Source: Perkinsela sp. CCAP 1560/9
Taxonomy: Eukaryota > Protista > Euglenozoa: Kinetoplastea
NCBI GenBank assembly: GCA_965644495.1
Contig: CBFFSA010000006.1
Coordinates: forward strand, 744,001 to 808,000
Length of the DNA stretch: 64,000 bases
Reading direction: 5' to 3'
Shown in pieces: positions 1 to 9,789 of the stretch. Within the stretch, counting starts at the first letter, position 1. Each line of letters opens with the position of its first letter. The position numbers and the translations under genes are program-made. The notes under the pieces were generated by a model. The model was not told the origin of the DNA and searched no databases. It saw only the letters and a program-made list of their open reading frames with translations.

Positions 1-213
1 GGAGCCCTCGAGGTGGCTCTAGAAAAACGAAGAGGGAGGAAGGATTTCTGGAACCCGGCCACCTCCGGTGCTCTAATGGGTGGGTACTATGGATGGCGCT
101 CGTACCGACATATGGGACTCTGGGGTGGGGTGGTCGGTGGAGCCGTGGTCACCGTCTTGTTTGAAAAAATGATTGCTTACATGACAGGTACTCCAATGCA
201 TCCAACTTATTAA
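1..213 (+). CDS. Tim17/Tim22/Tim23-family mitochondrial inner-membrane translocase, C-terminal part (5'-truncated by window)
   Basis: Frame open from base 1; KRRGRKDFWNPATSGALMGG followed by a GxxxG-rich TM segment, typical of the Tim17 family. Confidence 0.7.
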   Translation, partial: GALEVALEKRRGRKDFWNPATSGALMGGYYGWRSYRHMGLWGGVVGGAVVTVLFEKMIAYMTGTPMHPTY

Positions 214-440
214 AGGAGACACCATTATTCACTTCTTAATCATTTCACATGTGGCGACTTGTGACGCGCGTATTTCGATTATCGGACTTACCTTGGCTGC
301 GAATTTCTTAAGTATCATAATTTTATAAAATAATACACTTCATTTTCGTCATCTCTGAGTTTTTCATAAGAATACGGTAAATGTATTTCTGTCCTCGGAT
401 TCATTGTTATGTTTTACATCTTTTAACTTGTTTTATCGGA

Positions 441-900
441 TGAGATTATCCGGCAGTAGGAAATATTCCGTGGCTCTCAGCTTGGACACTCACGTCTCGC
501 GATCATCAAAGGTACACAGTATTCTTGCGCAGTTAGTTATTGATGCGCAGTTCTTAGTCTAATATCGAGAATATTAACACCTCGTAGGGCACAGAACGTA
601 CAGCCTCCTTGTGGGATGGAGTTAAGTGCGATGTGAATGGCTCGGTAACGAAGATTTATTGGGGTGGAAGGGGGTTACGTGGCAAACCACGTTGGGACTT
701 CCTTCCTTCTACCCTTTCTCATCTTGATCTTGGAGTTCTTTTGTTTCCAGAGCGTCGGACGAATCCTTATCTGGGGCGGTGGATGTTGGAGTTCCTCCCA
801 ACTGCTCAAAATCTTTATCTAGTCTATGGTCTACAGGGCCATCATTTTGCAAAACCGCGATTTCCCTGTTTGGAACTCGAGACGCTGTGGTAAACGATGG
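441..900 (+). pseudogene. Degraded small LRR-family gene
   Basis: WDGVKCDVNGSVTKIYWGGRGLRGKPRWDFLPSTLSHLDLG resembles the N-cap and first LRR of the intact genes at 16579 and 17614; stops upstream and a frameshift downstream. Confidence 0.7.
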
Positions 901-1011
901 GTAATGGTAGGTCGGAAGGCGCGTATTGTGCGCGTTTAATAATTTTTCGCCGAAAAATCGAGCTATTTTACCCGACAAAATACATTATTCATGATGTTTT
1001 GGCAATTTTTA

Positions 1012-1106
1012 GTGGCTTCGTTAAACGCGGTGGTAGTTTTCAACGCGAAGCGCGCAGCATGAGTGACTTCTAAGTTGAAAACGACCACCGCGTTTAACGA
1101 AGCCAC
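1012..1106. mobile_element. 95-bp MITE with about 33-bp TIRs and TA target duplication
   Basis: TA|GTGGCTTCGTTAAACGCGGTGGTAGTTTTCAAC ... GTTGAAAACGACCACCGCGTTTAACGAAGCCAC|TA, one mismatch. Confidence 0.85.
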
Positions 1107-1109
1107 TAA

Positions 1110-2333
1110 AAAAATACAATAGGGGAAACAATTATGAAAAATCATTTTTTTGCAAAATATATCCGAAAAATTCCGAACTTGGCGGACCCGTCCTGAGGAT
1201 GCGCGGGGGGCTCACCCCCAGGTATGGGGGTGGAAAATGAGCGCCAAGACCCCGGCTACTCTTTCTGGGGGTTTATTTTGAAAAATATTGTTTTCGAAAA
1301 AATTTCGTGCGGTATGCCCCCCCATGGACCCCCCCCATGGACCCCCGATTTTGTTTCAATTTTGGACCACCGGAGCCCCTTTTTATTTTTTTTCTTCGGC
1401 GCGGAAAATGTTTTGGTCCTTTTCTGCTAATTTTCTAATATTCCTATACCTCGTTATATTCCTATACCCTCTTAATATTCCTACCAGGAATACAACCGTA
1501 TTAACCCGGACAGTGGTTTAATTCGGTCTACTTTACCTACATGCAATCATCCTAGCGGCCGAGCCAATGAACCTTCTCAAAAAATGTCAAAAAAAACCTA
1601 CACGAAGCTACACGGATTACCACGAACCTACACGTACCTACACAGCTCGTCACGGGCCAACGCAAACTTACACAGACCTACTGCATACTCTCCTATTAAA
1701 CCCCTGGCCAAAATAAGGCACCCCCCTCCAAAATCTCAATGCTTCGCTTGTTTGAGCTAATTTTGGTAGCATTTTATAGATCTCAATGCAAAGAGTTTGC
1801 GCGTTAAGAAACGGAACAAAAAATACAAAATGCATACATTTGAAAGTCTGATTACTACATTTTCACCCTTAAAAATTTCAAAAAAATTACGCCCTTTTAA
1901 ACGAAAAAGTCTTCCCCCCTCTGAGAAATTCAGTTTTTTTCATGTGTTTTCGCTCATTTTTGTTGCAAACGAGAGATCACGCTTCCCTCACGAAGATGAT
2001 TGCTGCCCTTTTTTCATCGGGAGACCCCTCGTGCCCCTTGATCGCAAAATTGCGCATTCCTGGAAAACAGAAGTGGAACATCAAGTTTTTTATATATTTT
2101 TTGTTCCAAGGTTTTGGTCGACTAAAAATGGCGGGAACGTACAGATTTCAAAAATCTGAACGAAAATATGGTATCATAACTCTACCATGCTCCCTCGTGC
2201 AAAAGATATGGGGGGGGTGCCTTACTGATGGCCAGGGGTTTATATTACTGTGTTCCTCTTATATTTTCACTGTTTATGTCCACTTATTTTCCAATAATCG
2301 AGGGTAGAGCGGTAGTTATACAACCACCGCAAT
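1110..2333 (+). repeat. Dispersed repeat family A, copy 1 (interrupted by family D and other inserts)
   Basis: Core GGACCCGTCCTG...CCAAGACCCCGGCTAC...TTTGGACCACCGGAGCCC and terminus ...GGGTAGAGCGGTAGTTATACAACCACCGCAAT shared with copies at 13.7-14.2, 52.3-55.2 (reverse) and 56.6-57.0 kb. Confidence 0.85.
1699..2240. mobile_element. Non-autonomous family D (DD35E Tc1/IS630-like) element
   Basis: TA|AACCCCTGGCCA..TAAGGCACCCCCC ... GGGGGGTGCCTTACTGATGGCCAGGGGTT|TA; internal blocks (GATCTCAATGCAAAGAGTTTGCGCG, GGGAACGTACAGAT) shared with the transposase-bearing copies at 52.4-54.8 and 55.2-56.3 kb. Confidence 0.8.
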
Positions 2334-2493
2334 GTACCTTAACTGAGAATTCGTTCTCCGGCTATATTGACGTAATTCATTTACCGTTTTTCATCTACCG
2401 TTTTCCACGTACATGACTTTCGTATTCGGCTTGCATAACTTGTGGCTTACATACAGATTTATTTGCGTTTCATAAATTTATAGCATTTTTATT

Positions 2494-3675
2494 ATGTCCG
2501 ACAACGAATACGAGGATGCATCCTCCCACAGCGAGAACGAAGAAGAGAACGAAGTGGACGAGACCATCGCGAACCCCGACGTCACGGAGAAATACAAATT
2601 CGCCGCCGCCTTTGCTACCAAAGCGCTACGCACCGTTGTCGCCTCCCTCTGCATTGGGGCAAAAGTCCACGAACTGTGTGCGCTCGGGGATCGTATTCTG
2701 CTCGAGGAAACCTCCAAAGTCTACACCAAACCTACCGGACAGGATAAGAAAAAGCTTGACAAGGGGATTGCCTTCCCCACATGTGTCTCGGTGAACGCTG
2801 TCGTGTGTCACTACAGTCCTGGAGAGGAGGAGACCGAGGGGTGTGTCCCGCTCGCCGCTGGCGATGTCGTCCGGGTCGACCTTGGGTGTCAAATCGATGG
2901 GCACTGTGCGGTGGTTGCAGACACCCATGTGGTGGCGCCCACCGGTGGGGTAGTCTCTGGTCGAGTCGCGGATGTCGTCGCCGCGGCACATACGGCCCTG
3001 GAGGTGGCGACCCACGCGCTGCGCCCCGGAAACACGGTGTATGAAATCACCGCGCTGGTGGAGAAGGTCGCGACGGAGTATGGGGTGAGTGTCGTGGACG
3101 GAGTGCTGTCGCATCGTATGTCGCGGTACATTATTGATGGGACCCGGACGATTGCAAATAAGGACACCCCTGAGGGTAAGGTGGGGGATGTCCCAGTGGA
3201 GCCTCACGAGGTGTGGGCGCTGGATGTAGTGCTCTCGACAGGGACGGGAAAGCTCCGGCCACGGGATCAGCGTACGTTGGTGTACAAGCGTGCACTGGAG
3301 GGGAATTACCAGTTGAAGCTACAGGCGGCTCGTGAGGTGCATAACGAAGTGGAAAAGCATTTTCAGACCTTTCCTTTTGCGACTCGGCACCTCAACCAGA
3401 AGCGCGGCCGTATTGGGATTCAGGAGTGCCTCAAGCATGATATGGTGGTCCCCTACCCAGTGTTGTATGAGAGAGACGGAGAGGTGGTAGCGCACGTCAA
3501 GTCAACGGTGTTGGTGCTGAGCACTCGAATCGAACCTGTTACGGGACCTGTTTTCAATGTCAACACGTGTCAAACGTCTCGTTGCGTCAATGATCCAACC
3601 GTACTAGCGTGGAAGCAACGCTCCCTGCAGTTAAAGAAGAAGAGCAAGGGGAAGAAAAAGAAAAATATGAACTAA
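2494..3675 (+). CDS. PA2G4: Proliferation-associated 2G4/EBP1 (inactive M24 peptidase fold)
   Basis: KGIAFPTCVSVNAVVCHYSP, DLGCQIDG, VLSHRMSRYIIDG, FPFATR, PYPVLYE; Lys-rich C-terminal tail. Confidence 0.9.
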   Translation: MSDNEYEDASSHSENEEENEVDETIANPDVTEKYKFAAAFATKALRTVVASLCIGAKVHELCALGDRILLEETSKVYTKPTGQDKKKLDKGIAFPTCVSVNAVVCHYSPGEEETEGCVPLAAGDVVRVDLGCQIDGHCAVVADTHVVAPTGGVVSGRVADVVAAAHTALEVATHALRPGNTVYEITALVEKVATEYGVSVVDGVLSHRMSRYIIDGTRTIANKDTPEGKVGDVPVEPHEVWALDVVLSTGTGKLRPRDQRTLVYKRALEGNYQLKLQAAREVHNEVEKHFQTFPFATRHLNQKRGRIGIQECLKHDMVVPYPVLYERDGEVVAHVKSTVLVLSTRIEPVTGPVFNVNTCQTSRCVNDPTVLAWKQRSLQLKKKSKGKKKKNMN

Positions 3676-4104
3676 ACTCCTTGAAGTGAGCTGTAATTTT
3701 ATATGGGCATAGTGATCTTTCATGTTGGTTTTTTTATGCGTAGGGCTTTCTGTTCCCCTTTTAAGCACCAGAAATGTCCTATACTATTAGTATAGGCTAG
3801 TAACTAACCTATACTGCCGCTTCGTATAATTTAGGCAGATTTGTTCCCTATACAGCAGTGTACGTGGAGCGGTAGATGTTCTTGTCGATTTAGAACCGAT
3901 GCCATTTAAAGCAGTTATCAGGTAAAATGCGTGCATAGGAAAATCATTTTTTCTGGAAAAAATGCTTTAGTTCTTTATTCTTATGCATACTTAATCACGC
4001 GCTTTATACAAAATTCCATACTGATTCCGTCTTTTTTGAATCAGCTAAAAAACTCAACATTTCATTCTTCTCACCAGGATTACAGAATTTTTTTCTATTA
4101 GTCA

Positions 4105-6537
4105 ATGTCGCCCACAACTGCATCTCATGAAAAGGCGTCCGCAGAGTACACTATGCTTTTCGGTACGTTTTCTATCCATCCGAGCACTATTCAAAGCTTC
4201 TTATGGACCGTATCACTTCTGGGTATATCCTTTGCTGTCTACGTCGCGTATGCGTTTCGTCTTAAAGCTATCACAGAGTATGGCGCAGTCATTCACGAAT
4301 TCGACCCGTACTTCCATCGCAGAGCGACAGAATATTTACTAGAACACGGCTGGGACAAGTTCTTTACGTGGTATGATTACCTCTCATGGTACCCGCTTGG
4401 TAGACCCATAGGCACGACCATTTATCCGGGCTTGCAAATAACTGCCGCTGTCCTGTATCGTATTTTACAGCGTTTTGGTGGCAATTGGGCTATGACGGTC
4501 AATGAGGTGTGCTGCTATTTACCTGCGTGGTTCGGTTCCCTTGCCACTGTACTGATGGCGTTGTTGACGTATGAGTGCTCCGGTTCACTCCTTTCCGCCG
4601 TATTTGCATCTCTTATTTTCTCAATTTTGCCTGCTCACTTAATGCGTACTGTAGGTGGCGGTTTTGACAATGAAGCCATTGCGATTAGTGCAATGATAGC
4701 GACTTTCTATTGTTGGGTTCGTTCTCTACGGGAAACTACTCGCAGCTGGGTGTACGGAATAGCAACTGGACTTTGCTACGGGTACATGGTGGCCGCCTGG
4801 GGAGGATTTATCTTTGTCTTGAATATGATCTCACTACATGCTATGGTCGTTGTTTTCATCGACTGGCTACGAGGTGTCTACGATCGTCGCGTTTTCCTAG
4901 CCTATTCGCTGTATTGCTTTATTGGCACCTTTTTGGCCACCTGTGTTCCTCCTGTTGGGGTAATGCCCTTCAAGTCACTGGAGCAGATAAGCAGTCTTGT
5001 CGTCTGGTGTCTTCTTGCCACGCTTCACTTAAGCGAGTACGAGCGTCAGCGTCGGGATATCCCTATTCAATCGTTTCGGTGCGTTCGGCTTCGGTTCAAG
5101 TACAGCATCGCGTTGTCGTTTGCGGTTATGGCTGTTTTCGTGGTACTTTTACCCAGCGGATATTGGGGACCTATCAGTTCTCGTGTCCGTGGGCTCTTTG
5201 TGGCTCACATGAAGACGGGTAACCCGCTTGTCGACTCCGTAGCGGAGCATCAACCCGGGACTCCGGACGCCTTCTGGGGTTTTCTTCATATTGTTTACTA
5301 CCTTGCCCCGTGGGGCTTCGTGGTGATGTTCCACCATCCACTACGGCAGTCCAGTTTTCCTCCTATTTTGTACCTAGTCGTGCAATTCTTTGCTTTGACG
5401 ATGTCTCGCTTACTCATTCTAGCATCGATACCCCACGCCTTATTGGGCGGAATTGCATTAGGACTCACTATCGAAAGTTTACTAGAGGATGCTTGTATCC
5501 CACTCGCTCATTTGTCTCCTACGACACCACATCGTAGAAACGAAAGAAAATCGATGGGACGCAAGAGTTCTTCCTCTGCCTTTGCGAATTTTTCAGGTTG
5601 GTTATTTCACTGGAGGTCACCCACGTGGCGCAAGATCCGTGGAGCTCTTTTCTTTCTTTTTCTCTTTCACGTCCTAAGCGGTGCAAGATCTTTTGTGCGA
5701 CACGCGGAAAAAATGAGAGATACCATCTCCCACACTTCGCTTGTTTTTAAACACCGGGAAGGGGAACAGGAAACCGTAATTGATGATTACCGAGACGGGT
5801 ATGAGTTCCTGCGCACGGAGACCCCTGCAGATTCCCGTATCCTGGCCTGGTGGGATTACGGTTACCAAATCGCCGGCATGGGGAATCGCACAACCTTAGC
5901 CGACGGTAACACATGGAACCACGAGCACATCGCAATGGTCGGCCGCTGCCTGACTGCTCCTGTGGCCCAAGCCCACCGTATGATACGGCACCTGGCGGAT
6001 TACGTCCTCGTGTGGTCCGGGGGCGGGGGCGATGATCTCGCAAAGGCCCCGTGGATGGCTCGTATTGGAAACAGCGTGTATCGGGATATTTGTCCCAATG
6101 ACCCCCTTTGTGAGAAATTTGGATTTTACCCGAAAGAGGGGATTATGGAGTGGTCACAGGCGGATCCCACACCCATGATGGCGAAGTCATTGCTTTATAA
6201 CCTGCACATGGCAGATCGACGTCCTGGGGTGGGTCCTGACCCGGAACTTTTCGAGGAGGTGTTTCGCTCCAAATATGGATTGCTACGCATTTTTAAAGTG
6301 ATGAATATTAGTCAAGAAAGTAAAGACTGGGTAAGAGATTCTAAAAACCGCATTTGTGACCCTCCGGGAAGTTGGTTATGCGCCGGTCAGTACCCTCCGG
6401 CGGAAGAACTTCAAGAGGTATTGCGTAAAGCTATTAATTTTAAACAGCTTGAGGATTTCAACCGAAAGCAGATGGAACAACAAGACAATTTTGGCGAGCA
6501 GTATCATAGACGTAGTGTGCACGAGAAGCTTATATAG
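4105..6537 (+). CDS. STT3: Oligosaccharyltransferase catalytic subunit STT3
   Basis: IHEFDPYF, DNEAIA, SVAEHQP, WWDYGYQI and DLAK motifs; multiple TM helices; kinetoplastid-type C-terminus (CDPPGSWLCAGQYPPA). Confidence 0.97.
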   Translation: MSPTTASHEKASAEYTMLFGTFSIHPSTIQSFLWTVSLLGISFAVYVAYAFRLKAITEYGAVIHEFDPYFHRRATEYLLEHGWDKFFTWYDYLSWYPLGRPIGTTIYPGLQITAAVLYRILQRFGGNWAMTVNEVCCYLPAWFGSLATVLMALLTYECSGSLLSAVFASLIFSILPAHLMRTVGGGFDNEAIAISAMIATFYCWVRSLRETTRSWVYGIATGLCYGYMVAAWGGFIFVLNMISLHAMVVVFIDWLRGVYDRRVFLAYSLYCFIGTFLATCVPPVGVMPFKSLEQISSLVVWCLLATLHLSEYERQRRDIPIQSFRCVRLRFKYSIALSFAVMAVFVVLLPSGYWGPISSRVRGLFVAHMKTGNPLVDSVAEHQPGTPDAFWGFLHIVYYLAPWGFVVMFHHPLRQSSFPPILYLVVQFFALTMSRLLILASIPHALLGGIALGLTIESLLEDACIPLAHLSPTTPHRRNERKSMGRKSSSSAFANFSGWLFHWRSPTWRKIRGALFFLFLFHVLSGARSFVRHAEKMRDTISHTSLVFKHREGEQETVIDDYRDGYEFLRTETPADSRILAWWDYGYQIAGMGNRTTLADGNTWNHEHIAMVGRCLTAPVAQAHRMIRHLADYVLVWSGGGGDDLAKAPWMARIGNSVYRDICPNDPLCEKFGFYPKEGIMEWSQADPTPMMAKSLLYNLHMADRRPGVGPDPELFEEVFRSKYGLLRIFKVMNISQESKDWVRDSKNRICDPPGSWLCAGQYPPAEELQEVLRKAINFKQLEDFNRKQMEQQDNFGEQYHRRSVHEKLI

Positions 6538-6815
6538 ACACTTCACTCTAAGTGCATGTATACCGTTAGAGATTTGGATTTTTAACTTACTCGCTTTAAA
6601 AGCTTGTATTTAGCGAATCACCTGACCGAAAAGGTTTTCTTTAGCGGAGTGCTTAATGTCGCTTGCTTTGTGTTTTTTCTTAAATGTCAGAACGCATTTC
6701 TTTACACATGCACGCACGTTATAATTATTTAAGACTCTGTACAGAATTCCAAAAAAGTACATTCTTACCATTCTGATTTCGGATACATCCCCCTTATTTT
6801 TACATTACTTATAAA

Positions 6816-7580
6816 ATGAATCGCCGCTTCTTATCCGTGTTGACTCGAGGCGCAGCTTCACGTCTTTCGTCCACCACAAGCAGCAGGTTTACTACCCCTC
6901 TCAGCACCGTTTCGATTTCCCAAACGGGTGTTCTACATGCATTTCGCAATCAAAGCTCTTCTCCCGGGAACAACCGCGGACAATTGGGAACACAATCCGT
7001 TGGGCGTTCTACCCCCATGTGTGAATGGTCACGCATTCACGAGACGGACCCCTCTCAAGGCTTTCTCTTCCGCTCAGTGTATCAAAACGGAAACGTCCAC
7101 CTTCTCTACTTCCCCCAGAATATTACTCGAGACCAGAAGCGAGCGAACTCGGAGCGTCGCCCGGACGGCTCCAGTCCACTCATGTCCGCGTTCTCCTTGG
7201 TTGACAAAATTAAGCGTATCAATCTCATCCTTCCTACTCCTTTTATTTGTCGACTTCTTGCGGTGCTCGAGGGCACTCTTCCTTCGGTGACGCTAGCGAC
7301 GCGCTCCACGCAAGGAACTTTCTCCGGTGATCTCTCCAAGTTTACTTTTCAGCTCTCATGCAGCTCTGTGTATCCGGATGGGACTGAACTTAGCTGGAAG
7401 ATGGACTTCGACCCCGGTGAGTCGATAATGCTGCAGCGCTTTCTGATGATGGCTTTGGAGAGAAATTTTGGGTTTGAAAAGTATAAAGAGGTTCAGCGTA
7501 CATTACGCCCGGGCCGTTCTTCTCCCCGAACACCTAAGCCCGAAGCGAACAAGTCAGAAGAATCCGACACAGAGCATTAG
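6816..7580 (+). CDS. MRP2: Mitochondrial guide-RNA binding protein MRP2/gBP25 (Whirly fold)
   Basis: Arg/Ser-rich presequence; LPTPFICRLLAVLEG, FTFQLSCSS and FDPGESIMLQRFL..AL..NFGF recall trypanosomatid MRP2. Confidence 0.8.
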   Translation: MNRRFLSVLTRGAASRLSSTTSSRFTTPLSTVSISQTGVLHAFRNQSSSPGNNRGQLGTQSVGRSTPMCEWSRIHETDPSQGFLFRSVYQNGNVHLLYFPQNITRDQKRANSERRPDGSSPLMSAFSLVDKIKRINLILPTPFICRLLAVLEGTLPSVTLATRSTQGTFSGDLSKFTFQLSCSSVYPDGTELSWKMDFDPGESIMLQRFLMMALERNFGFEKYKEVQRTLRPGRSSPRTPKPEANKSEESDTEH

Positions 7581-8142
7581 GTGAAGTGATGAACTTTTAA
7601 ACTTGAAAGTAGTGATGAACTTGAAAGACAACACATATTGATTCATTGTAGTGTATCGAAGGAGCATCATTATTTCAAAAACAAATACATGCATTCATGA
7701 TGTACATCCCGGGTCTGATGAGTATAAACGCTTCTTTATACTTTATGAAATTCTTTTATGAAATAGGTGAACTTGTTAGGTTGGTTTTCTTATTAAAGCG
7801 GTGAGAATCTAGGCCTTTTTCGCAAATAATTGAACTCTCTACTGCGAATGTTTAACTACGGACTTTAAAGTTTTATGAGTCACACTGAAAAGTATTATGA
7901 GTCTGAATATCATGACTGCTCTTATGAGTTTGTTTAGGCTGCGATAGAATATAATATTACTATTCCTTATTTAAAAAAGGCACGTGTATCACTTAATATA
8001 GCCAATTCCATATTATACTGCATCTAAAGAAAATTTGGAGAGCTCGATGAATGTAGCTAAATCCATGTATAGAAATGGTAAGCAGGCGTCTTTACAAACA
8101 ATATAGCGATTAGAATAATTTTAATTGCTTCTACAACTTAAC

Positions 8143-9081
8143 ATGACTCACTCGTCTAATCCAATTTTGGAATTCGAAATGATTTTACCATCCTCTGATG
8201 AGATTATCGCCGCATCCCGTTTATGTGGCATCCGGGTTACCGCACCCCAAATACAGTCTTTTAATACAGTTAGCTTACTCAATGAAACTATCGACGAAAC
8301 TAAGGATCGAATTGAAATAGAACTAAGACAAGATGTTGCTCCAAAATCAGTTGATTATATTATTTCGGCAGCGCGTGATGGTTTATTTCGAGGTCCCAAG
8401 GCTTGTTATCGGTTAGATCACGGAGCTAATGTGGTAAGAATCGGTTCTCCCCTTACACCTAATGGATATCCTTCATCTATTCCGAATGAAGTCACTGATT
8501 GGCATCCGGATACGGACTATTTGGTAACGCTTGCCAAAATAGGTCCGGACCGAAATATCTCTCAAATTATGGTTATTCGAAAGCAGACATTGAGCTTGCG
8601 CCAATATGTAACAATCGGGAGAGTTGTGCAAGGCACTACTCTTCTAGATAAAATTTTCACGATGCCGCGATTTTCTGACGGAAATTTTATTTGCCCTGTT
8701 GGGGTGAGACAATGCAACGTTCTTTTTCCTCAGGACAAAACAGAATTTAGAAAACGTGGGAGAACATATGCATCGAATGATTGCTTGGAAGGTACTCAAG
8801 AAAATACTCACGTAGGGGAACATCCAGATTTGGATGCCTCAGAATATTCATATAAAAGATTGAGGAATGCTGGTGGTGAAAAAGTTGAGATTTACCGGCC
8901 ACGCTCGCCCTCACTTCCTCTTCAAGTAGAAGGCATGTCTGAAATGCGTACACTGTTACGAAATCATGTAAATGCTTTGAAGCGCAGACGTCGAAAGGTC
9001 GGAAAGCGTTCTTCTGTACATTCTGGGATGAAGCGTGGTTTTCAGATTCTGAGGCAAAGGAGAAAAATGAAAGGAAAATAA
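8143..9081 (+). CDS. Divergent cyclophilin-like protein with basic C-terminus (probably catalytically inactive)
   Basis: IEIELRQDVAPKS, GPDRNISQ and TIGRVVQG resemble the cyclophilin scaffold, but FHRII-type catalytic residues are absent. Confidence 0.6.
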   Translation: MTHSSNPILEFEMILPSSDEIIAASRLCGIRVTAPQIQSFNTVSLLNETIDETKDRIEIELRQDVAPKSVDYIISAARDGLFRGPKACYRLDHGANVVRIGSPLTPNGYPSSIPNEVTDWHPDTDYLVTLAKIGPDRNISQIMVIRKQTLSLRQYVTIGRVVQGTTLLDKIFTMPRFSDGNFICPVGVRQCNVLFPQDKTEFRKRGRTYASNDCLEGTQENTHVGEHPDLDASEYSYKRLRNAGGEKVEIYRPRSPSLPLQVEGMSEMRTLLRNHVNALKRRRRKVGKRSSVHSGMKRGFQILRQRRKMKGK

Positions 9082-9789
9082 AAAAATTCTTCGTTCGGTT
9101 TGGTCTGGCACTTAAGGCTTAATACCTACATGTATGGAGGCTTTACATATGGATTGGTAAAATACGGTATCGGAAGAAGGAAGAAGACGCAAGTACAAAT
9201 TCAAAATGCGCTAGTACACTATAAGCGTATTTTATGTTTTATGTTTATTATTCTACCCTCTGATTCCCTATAAATTTTATATTAGCAAACAACAGTGTAT
9301 TATATAACAAACAACTATAATGGTTGTTTGTTGAAATTTATCAGAGCCATAATGCGGCCCGTCTGGAAAACAGGTCAGCAGTGGTTGGGTTACATAGTAG
9401 AATACGTCAGCTAAAAGTTTCCTTAATGTACATGTACATTGTATCTTAAGATACATGTTCTAAAGATACATGTACATGTATCTTCCTTCAGCCATATTTT
9501 AGCCGCTTTCACAAGACAGTCACAGAGTGAACTACCGTAATGGAGTTACTTCATTAAGAGAATAGCAACTTTTTACTTAATATCCGCGTATCTTCAATTT
9601 CACTATTCTGCCGAATAGTATGTATCTACCGTAGAAACGGAAATTAATGAAATGTAGAAATAAGAAAACTATAATTAAGGAAATAATTTCGTGCCACTGA
9701 CTTTTTCTCCTTCTTGCTTTTTTCTCCTCATTGCTAGCTTTTTGTTAGTTTGTAGTCAAGAAACAGAAGGGTTTATCCTCCGTTATTTC

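Noticed and set aside
9691-9789. Signal-peptide-like N-terminal extensions from GTG/TTG starts (RTEL1, TFC4, PUS7)
   Set aside because: They are translated polypyrimidine tracts; downstream ATG starts were used instead
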